A stretch of 52,087 nucleotides of DNA, the filler included, from Sphacelaria rigidula (Eukaryota): the NCBI GenBank assembly GCA_964200075.2. It is 4 parts of 4 records of this genome, joined end to end, with 100 filler letters (N's around TTAATTAATTAA, not from the genome) between each part and the next. Parts side by side here need not be neighbours in the genome. Positions count along the whole stretch, not along the records: positions 1 to 12,948 come from CAXNAA020003276.1; positions 13,049 to 25,995 come from CAXNAA020003277.1; 2 more parts are not named here. One strand, 5' to 3'. Below the pieces are notes generated by a model. It made no database searches. It saw only the letters and a program-made list of their open reading frames with translations, and was not told where the DNA came from. Below, one piece after another: positions 12,428 to 24,399 of the stretch; the stretch's first letter is position 1, and each line of letters starts with the position of its first letter. The position numbers were made by a program, and so were the translations under genes.

Positions 12428-12948
12428 TTTCTTAGGTTATTGCACGTTATGTATGACTTTAATAACGTACGTACAGCATGAATTTGGTTGTGATCGCACG
12501 CGTTGTCGCGTCGTGTAACCGCTGTAAACTCGCCTATATCCTGGGGCGTGTATTTTGTAACCCGGTTTACGCTATGCGCATGCTGTTGAACTTGCTGATA
12601 ACCTGGGGATGCTCCGAAATGCGGGTAACATTTACCAGCGACCACCCCTGTACCGTAGGGACGAGAGTATTTTATAGGTCAATGGCCTAGAAAATGTATA
12701 CTTTCTCGTTTTTTGCCTTGGAAAGGTACGAAAAATGGCTAGAAACGCGAAAACAGCCAAACACGCCATTTTGACCGTTTTCGCTCCGGTTTTTTCACGC
12801 ACATCGTTCGCGGGGGCCATCGGCACCCGGGACTCGAAAAAGACGGATAAAAAACACGTTACTCGAGAGATATGGACGTGCGAAACGGACATTTCGCCTC
12901 CAGAAACCGCTTACCTTTTGTAGGCCACATTTCGCCGAGGTATACCTG

Positions 12949-13048
12949 NNNNNNNNNNNNNNNNNNNNNNNNNNNNNNNNNNNNNNNNNNNNTTAATTAA
13001 TTAANNNNNNNNNNNNNNNNNNNNNNNNNNNNNNNNNNNNNNNNNNNN
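12949..13048. other. Artificial contig linker
   Basis: N44-TTAATTAATTAA-N44 (stops in all six frames); identical to the other two gaps. Confidence 0.97.
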
Positions 13049-14385
13049 CCCCCACAACATGTCCCCCCATCATGGTTGCCGCAACAAAAACACAAGCACG
13101 AAAAAACGGGAACCTGGGTATCTGGCCCACACGGTGAGAGACAGGCCTTACAGCGTCGTTGCCAACCGACGCTAACACTCAAAGAAGGCGGGGGGGCGTA
13201 CTCATTTTTCTCTCGCCTTGGTCGATTGACCATTGACCACGCATCCCTTTTGAGACAGAGCGCGCATCGGGGGAGGGGGGGGAGGAGGAGGAATCAGACA
13301 AAAATGTGCTCGTTGGTTTGTTTTCACGCGATACCCTGCTCACGTCTCCCATGACCTCGTTTGGTCGACTTGTCGATGGGAATGCGAGATGGCTTCCCGT
13401 TCCATACGTGTTGATGTTGGCTGAGAGCTGACCTGTGGCCGTTGTCCCATAGCACGTGAGGCTTACACACCCTGTATATTTTTCAAGAATAGTACAGCAC
13501 ATGCACGATCCACGTCTAAAAGGTTTGGCGTCGTTGCTGCCTTCTGCGTTTTGTTGAGCTTGGGATTCATCGGCTGTACGACAAACCTCGAACCATTCTC
13601 CGCGCTGTTCTTCATCATGGGTCGAATCTCAGCCTAGCTGGTGAGCAATCCAAGGACGTTTCAAGTTCGAGCGAAATATGCTGCTGATGACATCAGTAGA
13701 TTTATGCCCTTCACCTTGTCCGTGGTGCAATGACAAAGGCACGGTTGTTCAGGCCCCCCTCTTTTCACAGTTCCGCACGCTCACGTGAGATAACACCCCC
13801 TTGCATAATCGTTTTGGTTCATTGAATTCATTGCTGGCTGTTGACTGTAGAGACCAAACCAAACGTGAAAATGTTTATTTTCTGCAAGCGGTTCTGGCGA
13901 AAAGCCGTGCTCGACTTCCTGTATGATCTATTTCCTTTCCTTGCTTCCGATTTTTTGTAATCGAACCATTGGGGGAGGGAGGACGCTAATCATTTTCCGT
14001 TGTTCCGTGGTTTTCCAGCACTCTAGACACCCCGCGTGCTTCCTGAAGCATATACCTTTTGAATCAACTCTTCACCCTGGCCATCGACAAGAAACAATAT
14101 TTCAAAGAGCGAGCACGGTGACTATAGTAGCCTCGAGGAAAATGATAGCTCCCAAGGCTAAGCTCAACCCTCGCCCCCTGAGAAATTAGGCCGTGAACCT
14201 ACAGGCTCGGTGGGTTTCTGCTGCCCAAGTGCCGAGATACCTCTTCGCGCGTGGCTGCACACATAGTACGGGTTGTGAAATCATGCACCCAAATTATTCA
14301 ATAAGGAACAGGCTGGGACGAATCTGAACACCAGTGTACAATGTACCTTTTCGAAAACAAACGAAAGTGATGTTTGTGTCAGCTA

Positions 14386-15482
14386 CAGGCTGGTTCAGAT
14401 TGAATACCCAAACTTTATTCCCCCGCTGATGAACGCGATACGCAGCCAGTATGCAAAAATGTGGTATCATACTGACCGCAATGAACAGACAGAAATGGTG
14501 ACATAGCCAATTTTTTGTTCAAGGCTATAGCGGTGGCGCTATGGACAAAAGTATGTCTCGACCAATCGGCGCCCTTCAAATTGTTCCGAAATTGAAAACA
14601 CGAATTCCAAGCCCAATTTCCACCGAACCCCCACCAGGTTCAAATCGTGGTAACCGTCATCAGCCTGGGAATCTAACGGGAGAAACAGAGTTGAAAACGG
14701 TTCCAACGAGGTCGAATTTTGCCCGAAACCGTAATGTTTCGGTGATGTGAAGCTTTGGCGTCGTCTAATTTCCACTCGTACGAAAGACCCAGGGAGCCTC
14801 GTGACGATTTCCCCTTTATCTGTTGCAGAAATGCTCAGATCACCCTGAAAGTTGGCAGTTCCGTAGGTATTGATGTTCCTCATGGAAAAATTGCCTTTTT
14901 GGCAAGATTTCAAAGTTACTCCGTTTGTTACCGGCTTCCGGGGATCCCAGCATGAAGGCCCCCGAAAACTGGTACAGAATGCCTCAACACCAACATTTTG
15001 ACACCATAGGGCAAGTGGTATCCCAAGGAACATGTGTATCAATTCTCGTAGCTCAACTCGAAAAACTGAGTCGGCTGGGTCTTTTACCGTAAAAACAACC
15101 CTCAGAAAGGGCGATTCTATACTTCATTCAAGTTATTAGGGGGCGACGCAGACTTCAGCGCACGTTTTGGCATGTTCTCACGCCGTTTTTTCGACTTAGA
15201 CCACGAAACTTCGCACACATGTTCTGGAGGGCACTATCTAAAACTCGAAGACCGGGGTTTAAAAAAGAAAAAATGTTGGTGGCTTTTTACCCAAGGTCGC
15301 GTTTGACCTACTTGACCGGGGGAGGGGTCAGATCCCGACTACCTCGACACAAAAAAAAACGGTTTTCGACTTTAGATGGTGCCCTCAAAAACACGTGTGC
15401 AAAGTTTCGTGGTGTAACTCGAAAAAACGGCGTGAGGAAACCCCGGGGAATGAAGTTTGGGTGTTCAATCTGAACCAGCACG
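14386..15482. mobile_element. Non-autonomous DNA transposon with ~38-bp TIRs and TA duplication (Tc1/mariner-like)
   Basis: gctggttcagattgaatacccaaactttattcccc versus ggggaatgaagtttgggtgttcaatctgaaccagc; TA on both sides. Confidence 0.85.
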
Positions 15483-16092
15483 TAGAGCTGCTGCAAGGTT
15501 CGTAGATTCGGCGGTTGTTGCAGTTGTCGTTGGTAGTCCAATGTTTTAACTCACTTGAAAGTTACGTGAAGCAAATTATTCGTCCGCCATATTATCAGGC
15601 AGGTTCGGACATGTCTTTGTCCCTCTAGTGGTCGTTGGTCCAACATGTTGGCGTCGGCTTAAGGATGATGTGATGAGGAAACACAACAGGCACGTCCCTA
15701 CCAACCCCCAAACAAGTACTCAGTGGCACTCGCCAAATACGTACAGCAGTCAGCTGCATTGGACTTACAAATGCAGTACGTGACCTCCTCACTTCAAATC
15801 AAACTGGAGCAAACTTGGAGCATCATACGTGTTCCGACTCCTTACTTGTGAGCAAGCTGCGGCGAAGATTTTCTTCACCGGATCTGCAGACGGGTTGAAC
15901 GTTGTCGTGGTTTATGCAGTGGCCATTGATATTCCGGCGGGTATCCTCCTCAGTTGAAGCCCGGTGATGGTGATCACGTTTTTTTCTCGCCAGATCTGCA
16001 AAGAGGTTCGAGGATGTATTGCTAGGTGCATCACACCTCCATAATGCACTTCTTGGAGCATCCTCGACATATGTTGGTCCCTACACTTTAAC

Positions 16093-16511
16093 AGCCTGGA
16101 TTAGTTATTGAGGTTCAACATTTTAATGAGTTTCAACTCGAAAACAGTGCTTTCCCTGACCTGAAGTCGTGACCTATGAATTTCACATGGACGACCTCAT
16201 GCCCCCCGACCTCCTCAAAACTATTCCTGGGGGTTGCCCGTATCCCGTGCCCCTAAAGCGTATGTGCGAAAGCACCTTTTTAGCCTCAATATCGGGGCGG
16301 AAAAGGGGACGTTTTTAGCCCGAATTTGGTGCTTTCGCACATACGCTTTGGGGGCACGGAAGACGGGCAACCCACGAAAATAGTTTCGAGAAGGTCGGGG
16401 GGCATGAGGTCGTCTATATGAAATTCATAGGTCATGACTTCAGATCAGGGAAAGCTCTGTTTTCGAGTTGAAACTCATTAAAATGTTGAACCTCAATAAC
16501 GAATCCAGGCT
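16093..16511. mobile_element. Foldback MITE, near-complete hairpin
   Basis: ~190-bp inverted arms (agcctggattagttattgagg... / ...cctcaataacgaatccaggct) around a short loop; no clean TSD. Confidence 0.9.
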
Positions 16512-19500
16512 CTTCCATGTAGACGGCCCGCGGTGTACACAAATATATCTACCATGATACCAATGCCTCTCGCATAGTTCGTGTTCGGCTTTAAATGTCT
16601 CAACAACCGCTCGTATTTTATTCATAGGATATGTGGCTAGCTACACGTCGATATATCCATCGCCACACATGATGAAATATGATCGGGGAGCGACCTCGTG
16701 TCGTGCACATGTCGGCATGAACCCACTCGACCTCAATGATGTGGACATATACTGCGGCTACCATGCTCCCAACTGCAGCACATACCAACATGTGTTTTGG
16801 AGACCCGGAATGTGCTGTCTTCAATGTCAACTTCAGGTATCTAGTGGAAATTCACAGACGCATCTAGAGCGTGAAGCGTTTCGGTTCCTATGGAATCAAA
16901 CACCTCGGTAATCTACCGCCGAGAACCGCCGTTGTCGACATTCCCACCGTGCAACAGTACTGTGCTCTACCGTATGGATATTGGTTTTCATTTGAAATGA
17001 GAGATTTCTGTAGTTTTCCCGTAGTCGGCGAATTTTGATATTTTTTTCGCCTGCCTCTGCTTATCCCAGCAAGCGGTTGTTCCCAACTTTTGAGAGTCGA
17101 GAGATACTACTAGGCATCCGTTCCACATTACGAAACGAAATCGTCATTGTGCTCACATTGAACGACTTCCGAACTGAGCCGACAGGAGATGTTGTTCAAC
17201 ATTCTTGGTCCGGAACACATTTTGTTTGGGCTCTTGCGCAATGGACAGGTAAGAGAGAAGTATATATATCCGTAAAATCATTTTCATGAGAGTGATGGGA
17301 TTTGGTTCACCCCCACCTGTGCTATCCAGAGCTCGGTTGGGCAATTTTCGATTTTGGGTACTTCACGAATTTTCTCGTCTGGTATCCGTTCTTGACGCTT
17401 TAACCTCCTGGAGTCGATATATATCCGGAAGAGGAGCAGGTCGTGCTCAGAGCACAACCCTCAATTGTTATTCTGGGGAAGATATCGAATGAGGTCCTTA
17501 TTCATCAGGGAATGTTATCGACTGTTTCTGATCCACAAAACCGTTCTTCGGCTCTAGAACAATTATTAGGTGAAGAAATTCGAAGAATCAATCGCTGTCA
17601 TTCACCTGTGGGACGGATTGCATTTGCTTCAACCGAGCAAAAATGCGCCAGGATCAGAACCTGGGACTGGGTGAACTCGGGATCCCCTAAAACCGGTCAG
17701 CCCGTGAGGCCTTAGATACTGGGCGCGAATGTGATCTTTGTGTGGATGGTATCTCCCGATCACCGAAGTTTGCCATCAATCGTTTACTGGGATGAGCGGT
17801 GGTACGCCAAAACACTTTCCGATATCTCCGACCACGAAAAAACTACGAAAATCTCTTATTTCAGATGCCAACTTCAGTACCGTAATCATGTACGCGTGGA
17901 AATGAGGTGAGTGAATCTCGACACCGACAGCCGTCATGTGTGCGGATTCCCAAGTGTAGCACTGAAGGCAAAACCAAGAGATTAGAAACGATACGTTTAC
18001 CAGAGCATCAATGTACCGAGGAAGGAATGGACACAACACCAACCAAAACCGAAAAGAGCGAAAGCCATTTGCAAATTATCGACGTTGCCTGACTCACCGC
18101 ACCACGCCCAAGTACTCTTGTTCCACCACCAAATGTTACCACTTCCTGTAGTATCGTACGGTCACTGCACTGAGCCGAAAATCGTAGAAACGGGAACAAG
18201 CCACTTTCCTCAAAAGCGGACAAATACTAATGTTCTCAACCAGGTGCTCCACCACGTCACGAGCAACTTCACCTTGCACGTCAACGGTTTTCTTTGAGCA
18301 TTTGGTTTCGTTTTCACTCGATACTTCGATATTCTTTGCTGAGACCTCTGGTCAGATGCGAGGACATAACACGCGCGCACACAGTTACTGAACAGTCACG
18401 TCCAAACCCGCTTCTTCTTATCTGAACACTTACCTGAAGACGTGTTACCGGTGATGCATCCAGATGTTGCTCGAACCTTCCTATGGGAACTTGCAGAGAG
18501 AGAGAGAACTTCTCCGAATGGGGATTGCCCCTGAAAGGCGCTTTTCGCCTCCATCTTGTTGAGACAAACGACCTGTTATCGGAGAAATCGAAGTTTGTCG
18601 ACACAGGGGACCACCATAACGCCTCCGTAAAGAATGGTGCGGTCAGCTGTGCAGACGGAGAACGTACATGAGGATACAGCTGCACACATCGAGTACAGAC
18701 AACACAGGGCACGATGGAGAAAGACTACATTGCAGCCAGTGCCGCTGTGTAACTGTATATCCAGTACCCACAGGTGTAGCACATAGTCGTTCAGTACGTG
18801 CATGCAGCACAACGGCAGCAGCATACTGTAGGGTGCGTGCAGTGCAGCAGTGCAGATGGGGCAGTATAGTACAGAAATACGGACAACGGACGGTACAGCG
18901 GCCGCCGTTTCGCACACCAGGTAAGCCATTTCAAGTATCACGGTGAGCGGGCGTACGCGCTATTTGTTTCCGGAAATGTATGAAACAGTTCCGAAAACTG
19001 CTGTTCCTGGAAGATTGTCACTGGCCGACGTTTTGCTTAGTCGTCGAATCATAGGAAGCGACCTCAACAACAAGGGCATTGAAAAAAACATGTATGATTG
19101 TTCCGATAAATCGAAGCACAGTTTGAGGTGTGATTGCACCTCGGGCCCCACATGGTACAATTGCCGCGGGTTTCTATGGCGAGTTCGTTGTGGGGCACGG
19201 TTTTTTTGGAGGTATCTACACTGTATGGTATGTGTTATCCACGGCCCGGCATTACGTGGTACACATATTCTGTTTCACGATACGGCACGACACGGTGACA
19301 GAGATTCACGACACGGTTTCATTGTGAACGGGGCGTACGAATATTCGTTTCCATAATATGGTAGATTCGCATATGTGTGCGTAAACCAGGAAAACGTTCA
19401 TTATACTGCGGAACACATTCAGGGCAAAGAAAATTTGCTTGGTTCGTATTATCTTGCTGAAACTTCCGCTACAAGGCTCACTTCAGCCGGCGACCAAATA

Positions 19501-19914
19501 CGTGTAGCACATCTATTTTTAGGCGGTGAAATCTGTTATGCCGTTTCGTGCTGTGTGTGTCATTACTTTCGTATTTGCGTATTTCTACAGCTGCTTCTGA
19601 AGGTCCGCCTTTACGCGTGAGTTTGTTCCCCACCTGTTGTTCACGTATGTCCCCCTTTTCTCAAGGTAGCAGCTTCCGTGCGCGTGTCCCCAAATATAGC
19701 TCAATCATGATTTTCTCATGTCGATTCCTGTTCGTGAATTGATTCGATGATCGCTTCGTTCTCGATTTTGGGAAACACACCTTCTTCAGCACGCCATCCC
19801 GTTTTACTCTACGAGCTGGGCCAGCCTAAAAGCTGCTGAAACTTTCTCACATCACAGCTTCCACACTTTCCCGGATACCCGATGTAAGCATATCACTGTG
19901 AAGTGTGGGCCAAC

Positions 19915-20035
19915 CTGGTAACACACGGTACCGCCGCTGAGTGAATTAAAAAAAAAAAAAATGTACTGCATACTGTAAGGCGTGAACGACGGACGAATAA
20001 AAAAGGGATCTGTCGGGATTCGAACTCATGACCCC
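19915..20035 (-). mobile_element. tRNA-derived SINE-like fragment
   Basis: Minus strand ggggtcatgagttcgaatcccgacagatccc contains a B box, followed by T-rich tracts. Confidence 0.4.
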
Positions 20036-20399
20036 CATAATTGGAGTCTCTCATCACTTGATTTGTAGAGGTGCAGCAGCATCACGGAAAAAGTTGAACG
20101 CATGGCCCAATTCGACGAATCATGGAGCTAAAATTTCAGGAAGACCTTCTGCAACCGAGGAGCAGATACTTCACGTATCCAGCTACAGATTCTCCTTTTC
20201 CCGGACTTGTTGCATTATTTTGATTTTGCTGAAATTTCAAATGCCCATAACTTCTTCTTCCTTATTATTTTATTTGCTGATTCCGTGGTCTTCTGCATGT
20301 CGATTATGAAAAGCTTCCGTCGAAATTTCGGCGTCCAACTCCTAATATCGCGCCGTGCGTCGCCTGAGCGAGATTCACCCCCTACCTTTGGCTGGCCCA

Positions 20400-21600
20400 G
20401 CTCGTGCAGGAGTCTCGAGGAGAAATAGTGTTGAATTTATCTTTTTTTTTGTAACGAATACCATCCACCACGTCGTGTTGCTGCCCTGACAACTCGGTGT
20501 ACTCATCTTCAAGACACGTGTCATTGCCCTCAACGCCATTCCTGCTGTACCCCTAATATGGGAGGCGCCGATTGCTTTCATTTCCAGTATGTGTGTTACG
20601 TGCGAAACTCTGCCTCTAAATAGTATGGCACGCTATGGTGTTGTCATCCGAAGCGGCGAAGAAACGAGCATGTCGTTCGTTCCTTACGTATCCACAAAAG
20701 AAAATTGTTCACCCAGAGCAGAGTCAGTGTCAATTACTCCAAGCCCTGTGCTTCTATGCTGCATCATGTGGGAACTGGACGCACGGACCACAGCTGTTCG
20801 AGCCCTTGGGGATCAACACCTCCGCACGTTCACCGCATGGCCCGTCGATAACCCCTGTCTCGTGCCATGCCAATAGCTTGTGCCGCAGGGTGCCGGTCGG
20901 AGAGAATATGTGCAAGAGTTGTTGCTGAGTCGAGGCGACGCATCAGAGTATTTCCGAACCCAACACTCGGCGAGCTTCTTTGAGTTCATCCCGTCCATCG
21001 AATGCGTGTCAGGTATAAGTGCTTAAACGCTTCAGGCAAGGAGGACATCAACGAAGTGATACCATTCTTCGAGAGGGGTACATTTCCACAGCCCTCCCTA
21101 GTTCAAAGGTCTGTCTTGTTTCAGCAGGTGGTGACAGGGGCGACTGATGTAGGCACAGCTGGCTGTCATCATGCCGCCTGGCTAGTGTTGTATGGTGGGT
21201 GCAGTTGTATGCACAACCACCCTGCCAGTGACCACCGCTAAAATACCTAGCGTAGAGCATCCTTTGCGCACCCACACAGGATAAGGTGATATATTCCAAC
21301 AGCGCATGCAGTACGCTGGGAACGTCATAAATCGGGGTGTACTGCCCAGCTTCACATCACCATCTGCCTGGTGTAGAATTTCGTCATCAATCGTTCATAT
21401 GCTGAGGAGTATCACTCACATAAGCCGGTGGTCCATCCAGCCTGTGACACCGATGCGAAGTGCACAGAAAAGAATGATCGCATGCGCGTCGTGTGTCACG
21501 TAAATCGGATGGGTGAACAAACCATACTAGTATTCTCAATACTGTAGACTTCTGTGCATCTTCAGACTTCGACACGCCTTTCTTTGCTGCAGCCGTGCCC
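20400..21600 (-). pseudogene. Possible mononegaviral nucleoprotein-like relic upstream of L relic C
   Basis: Degraded frames include LGILAVVTGRVVVHTTAP and KAIGASHIRGTAGM, loosely like the paramyxo-type N motifs (KAVTAP; SYAMGV). Position and orientation fit an N...L order. Confidence 0.3.
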
Positions 21601-21651
21601 CCCGCGCTGCAAAAAAACGTATCAAGACTGCGCTTCTCATTGAAAGGGCCG

Positions 21652-21690
<39 letters not shown>

Positions 21691-21852
21691 CCCCCCCCCC
21701 CCCCCCCCCCTGCACCCCTCCCCCCACCACACCCCCCCCTCCTACACCNNNNNNNNNNCCCCGCCCCCCCCCCCCCCCAACAAAAAAAAAAAAACGCGCC
21801 CCCCCCCCCACCACACCGCCCCCCCCCCCCCCCCCCCCCCCCCGCCTCCCCC
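21652..21852. repeat. Poly-C low-complexity tract with Ns
   Basis: Long C runs and a 10-N gap; low-quality sequence. Confidence 0.9.
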
Positions 21853-22143
21853 GTAACGACACTGCTGCAGTGGTTATCTCTGTCGCCTGCTAACTCAACG
21901 ATTGATGTGTCAGTTTACTCTAGCGCACGTGCCCATATGCGACCGAGATACTATGACGACAGGTTTCCTATCTTTCACATGAGCACGACCTAAGATTATC
22001 TTCGCTGGTTGATTGGTGCAGGGTGCTCCTGAACTGGTCAGGGGTTCTCGTAAACGAGTTTGTGACAGTGCGGATCGTAGCAGCAGCAGCAATAGCAGGG
22101 ACTACCGTGACCTTGTCTCTTCTCTGGCGCGATTGTGCAGGGG

Positions 22144-24327
22144 ATGCCTGGAATGTGCATCCACACGAGTTGCACCACGAGAGCATCGTGGGGCAGAGCG
22201 GGTAGCGGGATGGCGGAGTTCTGCGCGACACACGCCCGAGCGGGCATGATCGATGTGAAGAAGAAGCAGTGCGGCAAGGAGGGCTGCTCCACTCAACCGT
22301 CGTTCGGTGCAGCCAGCAGCAGGGAAGGGGAGTTCTGCGCCGCACACGCCCGAGCGGGCACGGTCCATGTGAAAAACAAGCGGTGCGGCAAGACGGGCTG
22401 CTCCACCCAACCGTCGTTCGGTGCAGCCGGCAGCAGGAAAGCGAAGTTCTGCGCGCAACACGCCCGAGCGGGCATGGTCACTGTGAGGAAGAAGCAGTGC
22501 GGCAAGGAGGGCTGCTTGAAACACCGGTCGTTCGGTGCAGCCATTGGCAGGAAGGCGGAGTTCTGCGCCGCACACGCCCGAGCGGGCATGGTCAATGTGA
22601 ACAGCGGGCGATGCGGCAAGGAGGGCTGCTTGGAACAACCGTCGTTTGGTGCAGCCGGTAGCAGGAAGGCGGAGTTCTGCGCGACACACGCCCGAGCGGG
22701 CATGGTCAATGTGAAGAAGAAGCAGTGCGGCAAGCAGGGCTGCTTGAAACACCCGTCGTTCGGTGCAGCCATTGGCAGGAAGGCGGAGGTCTGCGCGACA
22801 CACGCCCGAGCGGGCATGGTCAATGTGATAACCAGGCGATGTGGCAAGGAGGGCTGCTTGAAACACCCGTCGTTCGGTGCAGCCATTGGCAGGAAGGCGG
22901 AGTTCTGCGCGACACACGCCCGAGCGGGCATGGTCCATGTGAATAGCAGGCGATGTGGCAAGGAGGGCTGCTTGAAACACCCGTCGTTCGGTGCAGCCGG
23001 TAGCAGGAAGGTGGAGTTCTGCGCGACACACGCCCGAGCGGGCATGGTCAATGTGAAGAACAAACAGTGCGGCAAGGAGGGCTGCTCCACTCGACCATCG
23101 TTCGGTGCAGGCGGTAGCAGGAAAGCGGAGTTCTGCGCGACACACGCCCAAGCGGGCATGGTCACTGTGAAGAGCAGGCGGTGCGGCAAGGAGGGCTGCT
23201 CCGCTCAACCGTCGTTCGGTGCAGGCGGTAGCAGGAAGGCAGAGTTCTGCGCCGCACACGCCCGAGTGGGCATGATCGACGTGAAGAGCAAGGGATGCGG
23301 CAGTAATCGCTGCTCCACGATATCATCGTTCCGTGCCGGCGGCAGCAGGAAGGCGGAGTTCTGCGCGACACACGCCCGAGCGGGCATGGTTAATGTGAAG
23401 AGCAAGCGGGGTAAGGACGGCTGCTCCACAATACCGTCGTTCGGTGCAAACGGTAGCAGGAAGGCGGAGTTCTGTGCCACACACACGGGTGCAGGCATGG
23501 TCGATGTGATACGACGGCGGTGCGGCAGGGAGGGTCGCTCCTCACGGCCACCATCCGATGCAGTCGGTGGTAGCAAGGCGGAGTTGTGCGCCGCAGACGC
23601 CCGCGCTGGGACGATCCTCATGGACGGCGATGAATGCGCCTCGCAGCATCATTCTAACCTGGGTCAGGAGCACGGGAACACCTACCGTGGTGCTGCGCAT
23701 GACTTTATCGTATGGTCTGATCTCATGGGACATATCCGAGAAAAAAACCCAGCGAGTGATGACTTCGTCACGGGAGAGACTGTCGCCAGTATGGATGATG
23801 GATGTGAAAAATCCGATCATCCACCGAATGCCGGTCCCAACACGAACGATGATGGTCGTAACGCTGATTCTCGTTGCAACCCACGTGTCATCCGCGACAG
23901 GCGACGGGGTGCAAATTCCACGACCATGTCGCCTGCCCCTTTGAGACATCCCCCCGGCCCGGCGGCAGCAGATAGGGTTACTATAGGTGGGGCAGAGATG
24001 CGCATGAAAATCAAAATGGAAGAGACTGTTGCGCCTGCGCGAGATTTCGAGGGGATACGAAGGAGCAAACGAGTTATGGCGGGATCCAGCAGTTACGACA
24101 ACATGGGCCTGGGCGGCTCAAGCAGGACTACTAGAAGCCGAAGTGGTGCTAATAGCATCAACAATGGGAGAAACACGAAGCGGCTTCGCCGGACGGCCCA
24201 GGTGCAGCCGGTACTTAACGTGGCAGTCGGGGATGATGTAATGTCTGAAGATGACGGAACCGACGTGAAGTTAGAACTGAACGTCTCCGCAGCTTCATCC
24301 CGCCTGCGGAAGAGGCAAATTGAATAG
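22144..24327 (+). CDS. EsV-1-7 domain protein (12 plus 1 degenerate 38-aa C-x4-C-x16-C-x2-H repeats, low-complexity basic C-terminus)
   Basis: Intact ORF with repeat consensus CGKEGCxxxPSFGAAGSRKAEFCATHARAGMVNVKxxR, typical of the EsV-1-7 family expanded in brown algae. A pyrimidine tract plus tgcag acceptor at 22140 just before the ATG suggests an upstream intron. Confidence 0.9.
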   Translation: MPGMCIHTSCTTRASWGRAGSGMAEFCATHARAGMIDVKKKQCGKEGCSTQPSFGAASSREGEFCAAHARAGTVHVKNKRCGKTGCSTQPSFGAAGSRKAKFCAQHARAGMVTVRKKQCGKEGCLKHRSFGAAIGRKAEFCAAHARAGMVNVNSGRCGKEGCLEQPSFGAAGSRKAEFCATHARAGMVNVKKKQCGKQGCLKHPSFGAAIGRKAEVCATHARAGMVNVITRRCGKEGCLKHPSFGAAIGRKAEFCATHARAGMVHVNSRRCGKEGCLKHPSFGAAGSRKVEFCATHARAGMVNVKNKQCGKEGCSTRPSFGAGGSRKAEFCATHAQAGMVTVKSRRCGKEGCSAQPSFGAGGSRKAEFCAAHARVGMIDVKSKGCGSNRCSTISSFRAGGSRKAEFCATHARAGMVNVKSKRGKDGCSTIPSFGANGSRKAEFCATHTGAGMVDVIRRRCGREGRSSRPPSDAVGGSKAELCAADARAGTILMDGDECASQHHSNLGQEHGNTYRGAAHDFIVWSDLMGHIREKNPASDDFVTGETVASMDDGCEKSDHPPNAGPNTNDDGRNADSRCNPRVIRDRRRGANSTTMSPAPLRHPPGPAAADRVTIGGAEMRMKIKMEETVAPARDFEGIRRSKRVMAGSSSYDNMGLGGSSRTTRSRSGANSINNGRNTKRLRRTAQVQPVLNVAVGDDVMSEDDGTDVKLELNVSAASSRLRKRQIE

Positions 24328-24399
24328 AGGACGCGTGCACGCCTTTTCCCCTGCTGATGTTGAACAAAGCGTTGTTTCACCGTATCTGTGGTGCGCAGG

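Larger units (their letters stand above)
13300..18620 (-). pseudogene. Endogenous Mononegavirales-like L relic C, near full length but apparently lacking region IV
   Basis: Colinear: SLSLQVPI (N-terminal SPI-like, ~18480-18505), GDIGKCFGVPP (~17797-17830), ARWECRQRR..EVFDSIG (motif A-like, ~16885-16955), IMCGDG (motif C position, ~16657-16675), AEHELCERHW (motif D-like, ~16560-16590), NNLLH (~15565-15582), STNLAAALADTNITF (rejoined across a MITE), GQGEGH (~13703-13722). Confidence 0.6.

Noticed and set aside
12993-13004. TTAATTAATTAA palindrome repeated three times
   Set aside because: Synthetic all-frame stop linker inside N padding.
13300-18620. Functional (intact) viral polymerase gene
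   Set aside because: Numerous stops, frameshifts and TE insertions; no intact GDN catalytic motif.
21536-21993. Pro-rich and Gly-rich ORFs
   Set aside because: Translations of a poly-C tract containing Ns.
22102-23621. Long antisense ORFs over the EsV-1-7 gene
   Set aside because: Shadow frames of a GC-rich tandem repeat.
22144-24327. Integrated phaeovirus (giant virus) provirus
   Set aside because: No other NCLDV genes or gene-dense context; EsV-1-7 genes are a common host family in brown algae.
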